Below, one piece after another: positions 11,465 to 28,003 of a stretch of DNA of 64,000 bases. Every line of letters starts with the position of its first letter. Positions within the stretch are counted from its first letter, which is position 1. The notes under the pieces were generated by a model. The model had not been told where the DNA came from and did no database searches. It was given only the letters and a program-made list of their open reading frames with translations. Location of the stretch: the NCBI GenBank assembly GCA_963693365.1, contig CAVNZM010000004.1, forward strand, positions 10,010,468-10,074,467, read 5' to 3'. Origin of the DNA: Amoebidium appalachense (taxonomy: Eukaryota; Protista; Ichthyosporea). The translations under genes and the position numbers were made by a program.

Positions 11465-13055
11465 CTCAGTCACGAAGACTGAGTGAATCACGGTGTTGCT
11501 CGTGGGAGGGCCCGGGCAGGGGCTTGGTGAAGATGTCAGCCACGTTGTCTTTGCTGGACACGTAGGTGACGACCACATCCCCACTCTTGATGTAGTCCTT
11601 CGTGTTGTGGTAACGGACTGCAATGTGTTTGGTCCGGTGCTTGATGCTGTTGGTGTGCAGGAGGGCAATGGTGGACTGGTTGTCACAGTAGACGGGGGTG
11701 GGGTCGGTCATCGGGTAGCCGAGTTCACGGAGGAGATCACGGTGCCAGATGACGTTTTGAACAGCAGCATTGATGGCCAGAAGCTCAGCCTCGGTGGTGG
11801 ATGTTGCCGTGATGGACTGCAGCTTCGAATACCATGTGATGGGTATGCCCTTGAAGAAGATGACGTATCCGGTGGTTGAACGACGGGTGTTGGGGCAGTT
11901 GGCAAAGTCAGCATCAGAATAACACTCCAGCAAGGGGGTGTTGTCGTCGGAAGCAGACTTGTCGTAGTGAAGGCCGAGGTTGGAAGTGCCGATGAGGTAC
12001 CGAACTACACGGAGTAGACATTCCCATGCAAGTTTGGTGGGGTTGGCACTGAATCTACCGAGGTAGCCGATGGCAAAGGAGATGTCGGGCCGGGAACAAC
12101 GAGCAACCCACAAAAGACGGCCGAGTAGTTCACGGTAGGGAACCTTGATGGGTGGTGAGTCGTTCTCGTTGATGGTGATGACGGTGCCGACGGGAATGGG
12201 AGTAGCCTTGGGGTGAGCATCGTTGAGGTTGAAGTCTCTGACGATGTCGTTGATGTAGGATTGCTGAAGCAGCTTGAGGTGACCGGGGGTGTGGATGAGC
12301 TGGGTGCCAAGGAAGATGTCGGGAAGGTCAACCTTGCAGAGAGCTGACTTCATGATGTGGTCTACTAGATCCTTGGTGTGGGAGGAGTTGGCCGTGCAGA
12401 TGATGATGACGTCGTCCACATAGTTGCCAGTGAGGATGATGTCACCGTTGGGGAAGGTCTTGATGTAGACACATGGATCTGAACGGAGACGTTCGAGACC
12501 GTGAGCAAGGAGGACCTTGTCGAAGTACTCATACCAGGCCAGTGATGCTTGCTTGAGCCCGTAGAGTGCCTTCTTAAGTTTCCAGACCTTGTGTTCGTTG
12601 CCGGGGGTGATGAAGCCAGGTGGTGGCTCAATGTAGATGTCTTCTTGAAGAGGACTGTTGAGGAAGGCAGTTGAGACGTCGAGTTGATGAATCTCATGGT
12701 TGCCGTCCACACCGATGGCAAGGAGGGCACGGACGGAGGAGGACATCACCACGGGGGAAGAGGTGTCACCGTAGTCAACACCGTAGACTTGAGTGAAGCC
12801 CTTTGCAACACCACGAGCTTTGATCTTGGTGTCACCGGCTGAGTTGAGGACTTTCTCAGTCACAATCCACTTGAACTTGATGATGTTGGCACCAGGGGGG
12901 GGATCAACAATGGTGAAGACATCCTTGGTGATGAAGGCTTGGTACTCGGAGGTGAGGGCAGCTATGACGGCATCACCGTTGGGACCGTTGCAAAGCTTTT
13001 GAATGCCCTTGGGGAGCTGGTCAATGTTGATGGTCGGTGCTACGATGCTGACCAG
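10221..13055 (-). mobile_element. 5'-truncated Copia element (related family): 3' LTR 10221-10928, 3' UTR, RT-RNase H
   Basis: Sequence departs from copy B after GGGGAGTAAG (10220). TGTT...GACA segment is adjacent to the PPT complement TCCCCACTC (10929). The 3' UTR shares blocks with element 1. Host sequence resumes near 13056 with about 240 bp of flank (copy B ~43035-43275) missing. Confidence 0.93.
11466..13055 (-). pseudogene. Copia pol fragment (reverse transcriptase + RNase H), N-terminally truncated
   Basis: QLDVSTAFLN, YGLKQA, YVDD, YSDADFA, CDNQS and ADIFTK motifs. The frame continues upstream of the called ORF (IDQLPKGIQKLC...IIKFKWIVTE) to the breakpoint. Confidence 0.93.
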
Positions 13056-13062
13056 TGTGTGT

Positions 13063-13094
<32 letters not shown>

Positions 13095-13173
13095 GTGGTT
13101 TTTTTTTTTTTTTGGTGGTTGTTTTGATTTGGCTGTGGGTTTTGGTGGTTGGATTGGGTGTTTTTTTCTTTTT

Positions 13174-13206
<33 letters not shown>

Positions 13207-13207
<1 letters not shown>

Positions 13208-13552
13208 GCCCCTTGAAATTAGGTTCGTGTTGTATTGTTTTCGGTGTGGTGTTGTGGGATACGGGCCTATGAACTCAGAGATGGTCCCTGTGGTATTTAG
13301 GTACGTGGGTGGTGGTGTGTGGTTATTTAGGTTTTGGTGTTGGATTTCTCGTGGTTTTTTTTTTTTTTTTTTTTTTTTTTTTGGCCCCTTGAAATTAGGT
13401 TCGTGTTGTATTGTTTTCGGTGTGGTGTTGTGGGATACGGGCCTATGAACTCAGAGATGGTCCCTGTGGTATTTAGGTACGTGGGTGGTGGTGTGTGGTT
13501 ATTTAGGTTTTGGTGTTGGATTTCTCGTGGTTTTTTTTTTTTTTTTTTTTTT
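13207..13552. repeat. Tandem duplication of a ~176-bp unit bounded by T runs (single copy in duplicate B)
   Basis: GGCCCCTTGAAATTAGG begins at 13207 and again at 13383; only one copy near 43449. Confidence 0.9.
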
Positions 13553-13570
13553 TGCCCTTTTTCTTTGTGT

Positions 13571-13726
<156 letters not shown>

Positions 13727-14061
13727 TTATGGGTTGGATTATTTTTTTTAAATTTTTTTTATTTTTTATTTTTGGCTTTTTTTGAATTTGGCATCGTGTG
13801 GTACTGTTTATATTGGTCGGGCTTGTGGGATACGGGCCTATGAAGACGGATATGGTCCCTATGGTGTTAAGGCCCATGGTGTTTTTGGGTTCTGGATTTC
13901 TGTGTTTAATTGGGTGGGTATAAATGTGTATAGTAGTAGGTGTTTATAAGTATGTAAGTGGGTTTGTATAGATGTGTAAGTGTGTGTGTCTGTGTGTGGG
14001 GGGGATGTGTGTATGTGTGGGGGGAAGGGGGTGGGGGTGGAGGGGGGTTGATGTTTAAATG

Positions 14062-14094
<33 letters not shown>

Positions 14095-14116
14095 GGAATG
14101 TAAAGTTGTTGTATAA

Positions 14117-14275
14117 GTGGGTGTGTATAAATATATCAAATGAGAGACAAAAAGACACCAGTTGGTAGGTATAAATCTGGACGTGGATGTGGATAGTGGG
14201 TGTGTATAAATATCAAATGAGAGGCAAAAAGACACCAGTTGGCAAGTATAAATCTGGACGTGGATGTGGATAAAT
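14117..14275. repeat. Two ~79-bp tandem units within a GTATAAATG-rich degenerate minisatellite (about 13900-14680; paralog about 43950-44710)
   Basis: GTGGGTGTGTATAAATA...CTGGACGTGGATGTGGATA starts at 14117 and 14196. Confidence 0.85.
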
Positions 14276-17200
14276 GCATGAGTGATTTGTGTAAGTATAC
14301 ACTCATGTGGGAACAATGTCTAAGTGGGTGTGTACAAATGTATGAATGGGTGCCTCCATATGTGTCAGGTAGAAATGTAAAAATGGGGGTATGTATAAAT
14401 GTTTAAGTGGATTGGTGTATGTCTATGTGGTGTGAATAAATATGTAATGGATGTGTATGAATAACGGATGTGTAGAAGTCCATTTGTGGGTGGGTATATG
14501 TGCAAAATGGATGCTTATAAATTTGTAACTTGGTGCGTGTAAATTCATAAGGGGGTGGGTATAAATGTATAGTGGATATGTATAAAAATGTATAAGTGGG
14601 TGCGTATAAATGTCTAAGTGGCCACGTTTTCATGCATGAGCGTGTTCGTATAAATGTTTGGCTGGTATAAATGTTAAATTATGTAGTGGATGCTGACCGT
14701 GTTACTACAGGGCACAGGTAGGAGAGGAAAAGGCAGGGAGCACAAATCTGCACATCTATGTCGCACTGGTGTGAAGCCCCCCCTCCCTCCCCCCTCCCCC
14801 CCCCCCCCTCTTTCCTTCTCTTCCTCTTATAGCTTTTCTCTTGGTCCACTCCCCTGCCTTCTTCCCCTCCCCCGCGCTTTCGCCCCTCATATGTTATTCC
14901 CCCCCCCCTTCCCATGGACAGGGGAAGGGGCGGTCTGAGGTCAGGAGGGAGAGAGAGAGAGTGTGTGTGTGAGGGCAAGCCTTGAGTGAGACTGAGATTG
15001 TGAAACCCGAACATGCATGCGGAGACGAGAGAGGGGGGAAGGAGTCGGGGGAGGTGGGAGAGAGAGGGGAGGGGGGGGGGAGGGAAGGGGACATCTAGGG
15101 GCGCCAAAAGCAAACAGAGGCACATACCACAAACGGATGCACGTACACACGAATAGCAATTTCATCTCCCTGATCGCTCCTTCCCCCCCCCCCCTTCCCC
15201 CCTCCCCGCCCCCCCTCTCTCATCCCCCTCCACCAACCACCACCATCACTCCCAACATGTACACATACACACGCATACAATTACTGGCACACCTTTGGGT
15301 GCGTGCGCAGACACACGTGCACACACGCATACACGAAAACACGTTTTATTGTTATTATTATTTTACTTATTTTATTAGTTCTGATTGGCCACTTTACTTA
15401 CACGGTCGTTTTAACTTCTAACAGGCCATCGTGATTGGTGGGTTTGGCGTGGGTGTGCTGGGTCTGCTCGTGTGGAGGAAGATGGGCAGGCGCAAGAGAC
15501 AGGAACAGACACAAAGCAACATGTGCCTTCCGGTGGAGGACGAGGAGGATGAAAACATGTAGGGACGGTGTTTTTGGTTTAGTTTGCCGTATCTCCGTGT
15601 ATGAAATAATGCAGGGAACATCCAATACGTGGTGTTTTTGGTTGAGTTTTCCGAATCTCCTGGATTTATCGGCGTTTAGGAGAGTGAAACATGTAGGGAG
15701 TATCAAAAAAAAAACTGTGTTTTTGGTTTGGTTTTACGAGTTTCCCATGTCAGAGGGGGGGGGAAACAATTCGATAATAGAGAAACCCGGGCGTTTTGGG
15801 GTTCTTTTTCTGAGTTTTCCCCAACTCGAGGCACAAACACAGGCTAACGCGTGGTTGCCTGTACATGTGGAGGACGAGGAGGAGGATGAAAACATGTAGG
15901 GAACATCGTGGTGACGTCATGCGTGACAAATGTTTCCGACCCGGCTGTGCTGACTTGGCTGACGTAAGCTTAATTAAGACAGCAGAGTCGTAGAAGAGCA
16001 AAATAGATGACGAGGACGTTTTTTGACCTATACCCTTTAACCCTATTTTCCCTTATGCTAGCCATTGAAGTTTTTCAGTAGCTTGTGGAGCTTAGACAGA
16101 CGAGCGAAGCGCTTTACAGCCCAAGGGGACCCATTCGCCTGCGAGCTGTGACGTCATACTTGGCGTGGAAGAGTCCAGTGGTGTGTGTCTGGAAGTCTAT
16201 GGTCGAATATTTCATGGTTCCTTTGATGATCAGAGTACCTCGTCCCATTACCTCCACACATGCCTAGTCGAGCATGAGCTCTTTGTCGTAAGTAGCACTT
16301 GCGGCAACCCAAAGTAACTAATTTTGCACTTCTTTTCGGGTTCGACAAGAGTTTTTTCCGGACATGGTGTACAAAACAAAATAATCAGTACTGAAGCTAT
16401 GGCAGCTCGTGATCACATAGATGCTGTTTGGCCTAGTCTATTTCGCCCGTTGACTCTTAATGAGTCCTGAAATAACAGGGCTGGCTGACAAAGAGCTTGT
16501 CGAGACCTTGATCGAGACAGTTGTTAACGAGCATGCTGTTCAAGTTTGTCCTGATGACTAAGTCAAGCTGAAGCTTCGATTCCATGAAAGCGATGCGGAT
16601 AGTACACACACACATGCACAAACACTTACCCCTGCCATTCACTTGCTAACAAACATCAACCATACTCTTGCTGTCCCCTCTCTCTTGTTCAACACGTGCT
16701 TACTCTTAAGAGATTCGACCACCCTTTTCCTTTTGCCTCTTACTATCCCCCCGATTCCGTGCTTGCTTACTTGATACCCCCTCATTCATGCTCAACCACA
16801 CACACACATGCATGAATTTGCTTTTTTCTCCCCTCCCTCCCCTATCACCCCCCATGACTTTTTTATCTCCCTTCTCTCCTCGGAACCACAACTATTTCGT
16901 ACTCTGGCTCACCTCACACACACGCTTTCACACACTTTCTCTCTACTTTCGAACCACCCACCAACCCACTCGCCGTCCCTTCTCGTATATCTCCTATTTG
17001 CGCACTATCTACAGAAGTGAGCTATCGAGAGATTCACATTCGTTTTTAGATTCTATTATTATATATCTTTTATATTATATTTGCCCAACAATCTCTGTTC
17101 CTCGTTCCCTATAGTTGTTGAAAACTTTTGTGACACGTCCTTAATATGACCTATGAATGCTAAGGCTTAATGCCAGTTTTTGCAAATGATTGACAACACT

Positions 17201-17914
17201 GTCATTTTTTGGTATAAAGCTGATAGACCCACACAGGAATCCAACTAAGCGCGGGGCATGGCTTCTGTGCTTCTGTGATGAGCCATGCTTATCATTGCAC
17301 AGTAAAGCTAGCTTTAAGATGTCTAGTGTGTATGAACACATCAGGACATCTTGGCACCCTGGCACCCGGAATGGATAACGAGGGGGTAGAAGAGAGGAGT
17401 AGAACGGGCAGAAATCAAATCAACTGCCGCCGAGCTGCAGCGGCGAGACCCTAAGACGGCATCACCAGGGCCACTTGGGAAGGCTTCTGCGTCTGCATGG
17501 CATTTAAGTGCGTAGTCAACTTGAGAGAAAGGTCGTTCCAGCCTTATGTATTGATGTGGTCGTCAGCAAGGGTGAAGTGTCGATAGTGTAGGTCATTCGA
17601 TAGAGCAGCTTACGGCTCCGACTAAAAATTCAAAACAAACGGTGTCCCTTGCTTCACTCAAATAAACGGCTAGCTATTGCCACCTGGGCCCTGCAAGCGC
17701 TTTCACTGACCTTCACTCATATCCACTTTGCATGTCTTACAACTGGACTTGTACATCATCAACCTATGCCACAATCTCATAAACAACCTTCAAAAAATCA
17801 GTTTCCTAACAGCGAACAAATACATCTAAAACGAGTTTGCTGCATGCCCAGGTTCAAAGACGCCGGAAGTAACTCAACCATAACAACTTCTTACGAGGAC
17901 CTCTGACCAAGCAT

Positions 17915-18367
17915 CTACTGCCCGGCCTTGGGATGGGGCTGGAAAGGGTAGTCTGCAGACAGGCCGGTCTTCACCAGAACATCCCACGTAAACGCCTTGA
18001 AGGCTTCCACCTCCCTCTGGTGCTTCTGCTCCTGTATCTCCAGCTTGTGCTCAAACAACTCCCTCTGGGCAGCCATTTCCTTTTCCTTGCTACGCAGCTC
18101 AACCTCGAAGACCGCCTGAGTATTGCTGATCTTTTCCTTTAGAGCTACCTCCTTGACCTCGAAGACCGCTTGAGTCTTGCTGATCTTGACCTCGAAGACC
18201 GCTTGAGTCTTGCTGATCTTTTCCTCCAGAACTGCAGTGCGCTGACGGTTTGCCTCAACGTAATGCAACGTAGCCCCGAACGTCCCAAACAGGGCCACCG
18301 CTGCGGTAATATTTGTTGCATTGTCGGTGAAGGCCTGAAAAAACCGTTGCGCCCAGTGGGTTGTCAT
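17915..18367 (-). CDS. Hypothetical 150-aa protein: N-terminal hydrophobic helix followed by a coiled coil with KIS(K/N)TQAVFEV repeats
   Basis: ATG-initiated ORF outside microsatellite sequence; ITAAVALFGTFGATLHYV hydrophobic segment; three 11-aa repeats. No family recognised. Confidence 0.5.
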   Translation of the reverse strand: MTTHWAQRFFQAFTDNATNITAAVALFGTFGATLHYVEANRQRTAVLEEKISKTQAVFEVKISKTQAVFEVKEVALKEKISNTQAVFEVELRSKEKEMAAQRELFEHKLEIQEQKHQREVEAFKAFTWDVLVKTGLSADYPFQPHPKAGQ

Positions 18368-19334
18368 TTTTCTCTGACGACTTCTTGGTAGACCAGAGCA
18401 AGGCCTCCTTCCTGCAAATGAAAATGGGCGAGCGATTGGGCAAACTGATGATCATGTTCGCAGACAAGGGTCGACGGGTCGCTTTTCGGGCCAGCACTCC
18501 AGATGTTCGCATGGAAAAGCATGGAAACCCAGTCCGAAGTGGGTTTTAAAACTTTAAGGTGAAATCATATATTTTAAAAAGTAAAATATCATGCTATCGT
18601 ATGCATTTATTACGGATATTATGTAATAAATATCATGCTATGTCTTTATATGTGTGCATGGAAAATGAAAGATTTTGGTGCTTTGTCAAAGCGCAGGCCC
18701 TATTTTTATGGTGGTGTGTCTTTCGACACGCACATCAGGAGCAGGGAATAAAGGTATTTTGAAAAACCTTGTTGACCTGACAATGTGTGCCCGTGTTCCC
18801 CCCCCCCCCCCCCCCCCCCCCCCCCACTGCCCGCACGGAATGGGTCGAAACCCGGGTATACGTACTCAGTGGATGACTTGGGCCCACCTGAGGCCTGAGG
18901 GATGTGTGTTTGTTTATGAAGAATACTCATTGTGTGGTTTGCCCTCTGTCTTTCTTTGTCCGTTAGGAATATGTACTTCTTCATCGTATGCAAACACATT
19001 CTACCCCCCCCCTCCTCTCCCCACACACCAAGAAAAAGAAACTTACGCATGCATACGGCTCGGGTTCGGCATGCATGCATGATAGCATTGATAGGCCGAG
19101 AGGCAGCTCCGGATCGAGGATCCAATTATATATATATACCATTGCTATTTATGGCAGAAACAATTTATATGTTCTGTTACAGTTGAAGGTTCACAGGTTT
19201 TGCGTTTACATGCTTACATTCATGATAAATAATTTGCCATTTATATCCTGACTCGTTGGCCCCGATAATTATACGCAACGTTAAGATTTTTAAAAAAAAG
19301 CCCAACACTGTTCGTGTTGCCCCCCCCCCCCCCC

Positions 19335-19368
<34 letters not shown>

Positions 19369-20731
19369 GGGGGCCCCTCCCTCTCTAGAGCTCCCACCCC
19401 ACCTCCCTACAAACAGGCAGTGTTCCCGTGCACACACAAACAAGTCAGTCCTGTTATGAGACGAAAATTAAAAGAGCGGCACAAGATTTAACGTGCATTC
19501 CGACATTCAAAGAGCATGGGCATTCGCATACATCTGCTGTGTGTGTGTGCACGCGCATGCACACGCGTGTGTGTAGAGGGGTCTTCGCGTATGTCCGTTT
19601 GAACAAGACAAGAGTGTTTGACTCTACAATGGCACGTTTATCTACATCGCTCCCACTATACGTGGAAACCACTTTGCTGACAAACCAACAAACACAAAAA
19701 AGTGAAACAGCCCATCCACCAAAAAAGAGCAAATCCGTCCTTGATGCCTTTCCATGAGCCAGCCAAACTTCCATCCATGTCCTCCCCCCCCCCCCCCCCA
19801 AAGTGTGTAAACCCCCCCCCCCCCAAACACCCTCCAGCGCCAAAAAATAAAACCAAAAATAAAAATAAAAAATATAAAAAATAAAAAATAAAAAGCCCTA
19901 GACCTCATTCAACAGGGCAGGCATTGCATCTCTCAACCCCCGTCTAGACACATAAAATGCCACGTCATTTACCTCAGAATCGCTGTAGTCCGATTGGTCG
20001 CTGACACTGACCAATGGTGGGGGTCCGTCATCCTCGCTGCACCCATCCCCCCGCCTGGCCTGCCCCGTACCCCTCCGTGTTCCCACCCCCATCCCGCCGC
20101 CCGTATGGGCCCCTCCCCCTCCGCGTATAGTACTCGTCATCAGACAAATCTGTATCGGATGCAGTTACCAAATCGGGAAGGTCATCTTCTATCCCTAGCA
20201 ACTGCCCAACCAATCCCCTCTGAGGCATCAAAACGGGCGGCCGGCCCAACCCCACCTGCACCCCATGCCGAAAATACAACCGGAGGGGTTCATGATGCAA
20301 GGTTACCGGCCTTAGGGGGTTTACTGGCTGGAGCAGCCGTGGCGGGGGGTCTCTATTAACTTCCACTCGAACTTCAGGTCTCGCTGGGTGTGGGGCAAGG
20401 CCCCAAGGCGGGAGTCTCAGCGGGTCGTCTATTCGTCCCTGGGGCATTATCAATACTCGAAAAAAACCCTCTGCCGTCTCCCCTCCTCTCCCTCCCGGTT
20501 GGCCCCCTGCTGGGCAGGCCGGGGGGGTTCTTGCAACCACGGTGCCTCATCCTCGCTATCATCTTCAGACCCCTCCTCCTCATGTTCATCTTCGTAGTCG
20601 TAAAAGTCGTCGTCTGAAATTTCGACCTCGAGCGGGGGCAGGTCCCATACGCCATTTGCAGGGAAACGTCCAAATTCGTGCTCCTCCAATGGACCCCAAA
20701 TGCTCTCGGGCCCACCGAACCTCTGCCGGTG

Positions 20732-22336
20732 TGTAAACATCTGTACACGCCGTACATGTTTACTATTACGAATATACTGTACATATCATAGTGATCACGT
20801 AGATATTGTGTACATATGATCAGATCAATATCACACGCGACAGCCGCGGGCTGCGGCTCACGACTGAGCCGCGGCGCCGGCAATATGCAGTGGCCGTGCA
20901 GTCAGTATGAACCAATAGAATTCGAGAACCGCTAGGATAGGAATGCAAGTCTCATCCACTACGGAGGCGACATCTATAGCTAAACGAACGGAACCAATAA
21001 GGAAATCAGACCCAGTTGCATAAACCTAAACGGGCTTAAGTATTGACCAATCATTTGCCACAAAGTTATCCTTTTAGTTAGCTTCATGTTATTGGTGCAC
21101 TGTGTGCACATAAAGACGACCGCTCTCTTCTGACTGGTCAGAAGTCACGAAGGCATCAATGCCACCCATCCAGATGATCCGGAACCTGGGGGCTATATAA
21201 ACAAGCCGTCCCAGTACGGGGGATCACTCTGAACGAGCACATTAAATAGTAACCTGGCCGCGTGTGTGTTAAATTATATAAGTATTTTGGGATGAAAGTA
21301 GAGACACAGTGGTGCAGTGTGAAAACACCACAGACACATACAACAACAAAACACGGAACGATCGGAGCAGTGTACACAACAGACATCAATGTTTAGACAC
21401 GACTGAACTCAATTTATTTTGATCGCTAATAAATACCTGAAATTCCCTTAAGTTAAATCCATACATGATTTCCGACCAGTCGGAAATCAGATCTATGTCT
21501 AAAATAACCAATCACAATTAACTGATTATTTCCCGGATAGATCCGGAGACACAGGAACGCACACCATAGGTCACAGCTATAAGAAAGAAAAGAGGTGAAG
21601 AGTAACGAGGAAAGAGGTGATGTTTCTAACCTATCAACGGCTACAAAGACTCAGACATTTTCTGACTAAGTCCACTGATTGGATATAGTACGGCAACACA
21701 CAAAACAAAAGTGGTTGACTAAGCTATGAATCATACCTGACAAGCTAAAGTGTAACCTAAGTGTTTTTCTACCAATCAAAACATAACGAGTAATATAAAT
21801 CTACTCAACGTATATTAGTGAGAGAGAAATATAATTATGTGAAAGGAAACAAGAGAAGAAAGAAAGAGAAAAGAAAGAAGAAGAAAGAGGAAAAAGAAAA
21901 GAAAGCAGGACAGAAAACACGAACAGCAAAACACAGTTATAACCGAAGATATTCATGTACACATAACATGTACACGTTTCTCCCTCACTGGGTAGACTCG
22001 TGTACCTATAATCAGTTGCTGTAATCGATATCTAAACACACGAATATAGCCGACACAACACGATTACAAGTACTCAAATACACTGGAGATCGATGTCATA
22101 ATTTACGTACAAGGAGCACATCTTTTTCATTAAGTAAATGAATGAAAACATAACACGAACTGAGAAGATCTTACAATATGTAAATACTACGTATTATAAC
22201 ATCCCCACTTAAGACTTTGAAGTTTGTGTTATCATATCCCCACTGAACTAGTGAAATCTCCCCACTTGAGAACAGAAACGGAAAAAAAAAAATTAAAGTT
22301 TGGACTTTTCCCGGGGGGGGGGGGGGGGGGGGGGAA

Positions 22337-22415
<79 letters not shown>

Positions 22416-24653
22416 AGGGGGGGGGGGGGGAGGGAAGGGGGGGGAAGGAACCGGGGCAAAAACAACGAATATATAGAACGTGTATAGTCGGGGTTTGATT
22501 AACTGGGTGTTAAACCAGTGAAAGATAGAGTAGAGTCATGGTACAGGTCAAACCTTATATATAAACCCTAAGTGGGCATACCCACAAAGGCAATACATAT
22601 GAAATAATGATGGTGGTAAAGTAGGTAGTAATCATTCCACTAACTGGTACTAACTGGGTCGGGGGCAGGGGGTTTCGGAAACGCGGGCAGGCAGCACGGT
22701 AGGCTGGCTAGAAACGTGGATGGGAACGGCCGGACCTGGCAGCACGTGTCTTGCTGGCCGGGGTCGGGTGGTAATGGGGGGGAAACAGCTGCAGGGGTAG
22801 CTGTTGCCCGTGCAGAGCTGGTGGTAGTTGAGATCTCGACGAGGTTGGCCACGTGATGGGGGGAAACTGCTGCCGGAATGCAGGGCAGATCAATGGAATG
22901 TGAGGGGGCCATTGACAGTGACGGCACGGTAAGGGGAGACATGGCCGAAAACAGGGTTGGAAATCCTGGAAGGAAGCAGGTTGGACACGGTAAACGGTTC
23001 TGGAGGGACTCAGGGTCGGGACTCCTAGGGAGGAGGGAAGCACAAAGGGCTTGGACGGGGTGGAACACGGTAGACTGGAAAGAAGTACCGAATTTGGATA
23101 CTTCAGATGGACTTGATGGATGAAGGTCAAGTCGGATCGAGACGGGGTGTCAAATTATCGTCGATTGGAACGCAGACGGGGTGTGAAATTATATTCGAAT
23201 GCGGGTTGACGGGGTTCGAAATCGGATGGAATGGGATTTCGATGCAGGATCCTCAGGCCTGGGTAGACAGGGCGGCGCGGTTGAGACCACGTCGGTGAAG
23301 TGTCAAGGAACTTGGAGCGCGATTGCAGAACCAAGGGTGGAGGACGGTTTGGCGTGACGGAACGAAACCAGGACGGAGCTGGAAGGAGTGCAAGCTGGAA
23401 TTTGAACTTGCGAGGATGTCACGGGTGTCAAGGCGTGACAAAAGCTCTTGTCAAGATGAGTCAGATCTTGTCAAGAGGAGTCACGTGGGACCGGTTACGG
23501 ACGGACGCCGGGGATGAATGTACACAGCCTCAGCACCAAGATGCATGAGGAGCTGACCACAGCTATGATGTGTACCAGGAATTTAACGATCGCTAGGTCT
23601 AGGTGTGTGTAGGGAGCGTGCATCTGGGCCCATAACCTGTTAAATTATATAAGTATTTTGGGATGAAAGTAGAGACACAGTGGTGCAGTGTGAAAACACC
23701 ACAGACACATACAACAACAAAACACGGAACGATCGGAGCAGTGTACACAACAGACATCAATGTTTAGACACGACTGAACTCAATTTATTTTGATCGCTAA
23801 TAAATACCTGAAATTCCCTTAAGTTAAATCCATACATGATTTCCGACCAGTCGGAAATCAGATCTATGTCTAAAATAACCAATCACAATTAACTGATTAT
23901 TTCCCGGATAGATCCGGAGACACAGGAACGCACACCATAGGTCACAGCTATAAGAAAGAAAAAGAGGTGAAGAGTAACGAGGAAAGAGGTGATGTTTCTA
24001 ACCTATCAACGGCTACAAAGACTCAGACATTTTCTGACTAAGTCCACTGATTGGATATAGTACGGCAACACACAAAACAAAAGTGGTTGACTAAGCTATG
24101 AATCATACCTGACAAGCTAAAGTGTAACCTAAGTGTTTTTCTACCAATCAAAACATAACGAGTAATATAAATCTACTCAACGTATATTAGTGAGAGAGAA
24201 ATATAATTATGTGAAAGGAAACAAGGGAAGAAAGAAAGAGAAAAGAAAGAAGAAGAAAGAGGAAAAAGAAAAGAAAGCAGGACAGAAAACACGAACAGCA
24301 AAACACAGTTATAACCGAAGATATTCATGTACACATAACATGTACACGTTTCTCCCTCACTGGGTAGACTCGTGTACCTATAATCAGTTGCTGTAATCGA
24401 TATCTAAACACACGAATATAGCCGACACAACACGATTACAAGTACTCAAATACACTGGAGATCGATGTCATAATTTACGTACAAAGAGCACATCTTTTTC
24501 ATTAAGTAAATGAATGAAAACATAACACGAACTGAGAAGATCTTACAATATGTAAATACTACGTATTATAACAGTGTGCCTTACTACCCGTTCTCTGTCT
24601 TTATTCTGATTCAGTTGTTCTCTGCCTTATCCCAACTAGTTCAACTGTTTACA
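20732..24653. mobile_element. Solo LTR (~610 bp) split by a nested element
   Basis: Ends TGTAAACA...TGTTTACA; 5-bp TSD CGGTG (20727-20731, 24654-24658); empty site GCCGGTGGCAG at about 50767-50777; TATATAAA near 21194. Confidence 0.88.
21267..24573 (-). mobile_element. Non-autonomous Copia-type LTR element (LARD/TRIM-like) nested in the solo LTR
   Basis: LTRs at 21267-22201 and 23638-24573 (about 3 differences seen), TSD GTGTG, canonical PBS GGTTATGGGCCCAG (complement at 23624-23637), PPT complement TCCCCACT at 22202. The 1.4-kb interior has no recognisable gag or pol motifs. Confidence 0.93.
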
Positions 24654-24681
24654 CGGTGGCAGATGTTCGGTGGCATTGCGC

Positions 24682-24718
<37 letters not shown>

Positions 24719-24789
24719 AGGGGGGTTTTGAATGCGTCATAAAGTACAAGTACACATGAACAACGGATAACACGATGCAGAATGCCAAC

Positions 24790-27390
<2,601 letters not shown>

Positions 27391-27956
27391 AGCAGCAATC
27401 CAAGAACACAGGGGAGGGGGGAGAGGGGGGGGGGGGGGAGGGGGGAGGTAACAATGTGGTACACGTTACACGTTACCTTTAGCCAACATTTCGATATAAA
27501 TACATGCAAAGAAACAGCAAGAGCAAATGTATATAAGAGGCTGCATAACTGGTTTCTTCACGACCATAGAAGCTCGGGAGCAGGGGCAGAGAAAGGGCAG
27601 GTGTGGGGTGTGGAGGGCAGGGGGGGGGGGGGGGGGACTCGTCCAAGGTAATTTCAAGTAATAAAAAAAACCTATCAACAGCAACATCTCCCTTCAACAG
27701 GGGCACAAAACCTCCACATTGTGCACAACCACTAACAGCAGGACAAGCACATCCATACACCCACCTTCCACGTAGGTGCCGTACTCTGCATGACCAAGCA
27801 GCAGCAAGTAGATGTGGTGGATGACATAGGTTAGCAAAACGTCCAGTATCCCCTCCCCCCCCCCCCCCCCCCCTCCCCCCCCCCCCCCCCGCCACCGCCG
27901 CCCTGGCCGCCACCCCCCCGCCTCCCGTCTCTTTTTCTACCAACACACACACACAC

Positions 27957-28003
<47 letters not shown>

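Noticed and set aside
15900-17650. Short ORFs in complex sequence (also 45900-47650)
   Set aside because: Frequent stops in all frames and no recognisable motifs.
22640-23548. ORFs in the interior of the nested LTR element
   Set aside because: Short, overlapping and without gag, protease, integrase or RT motifs.
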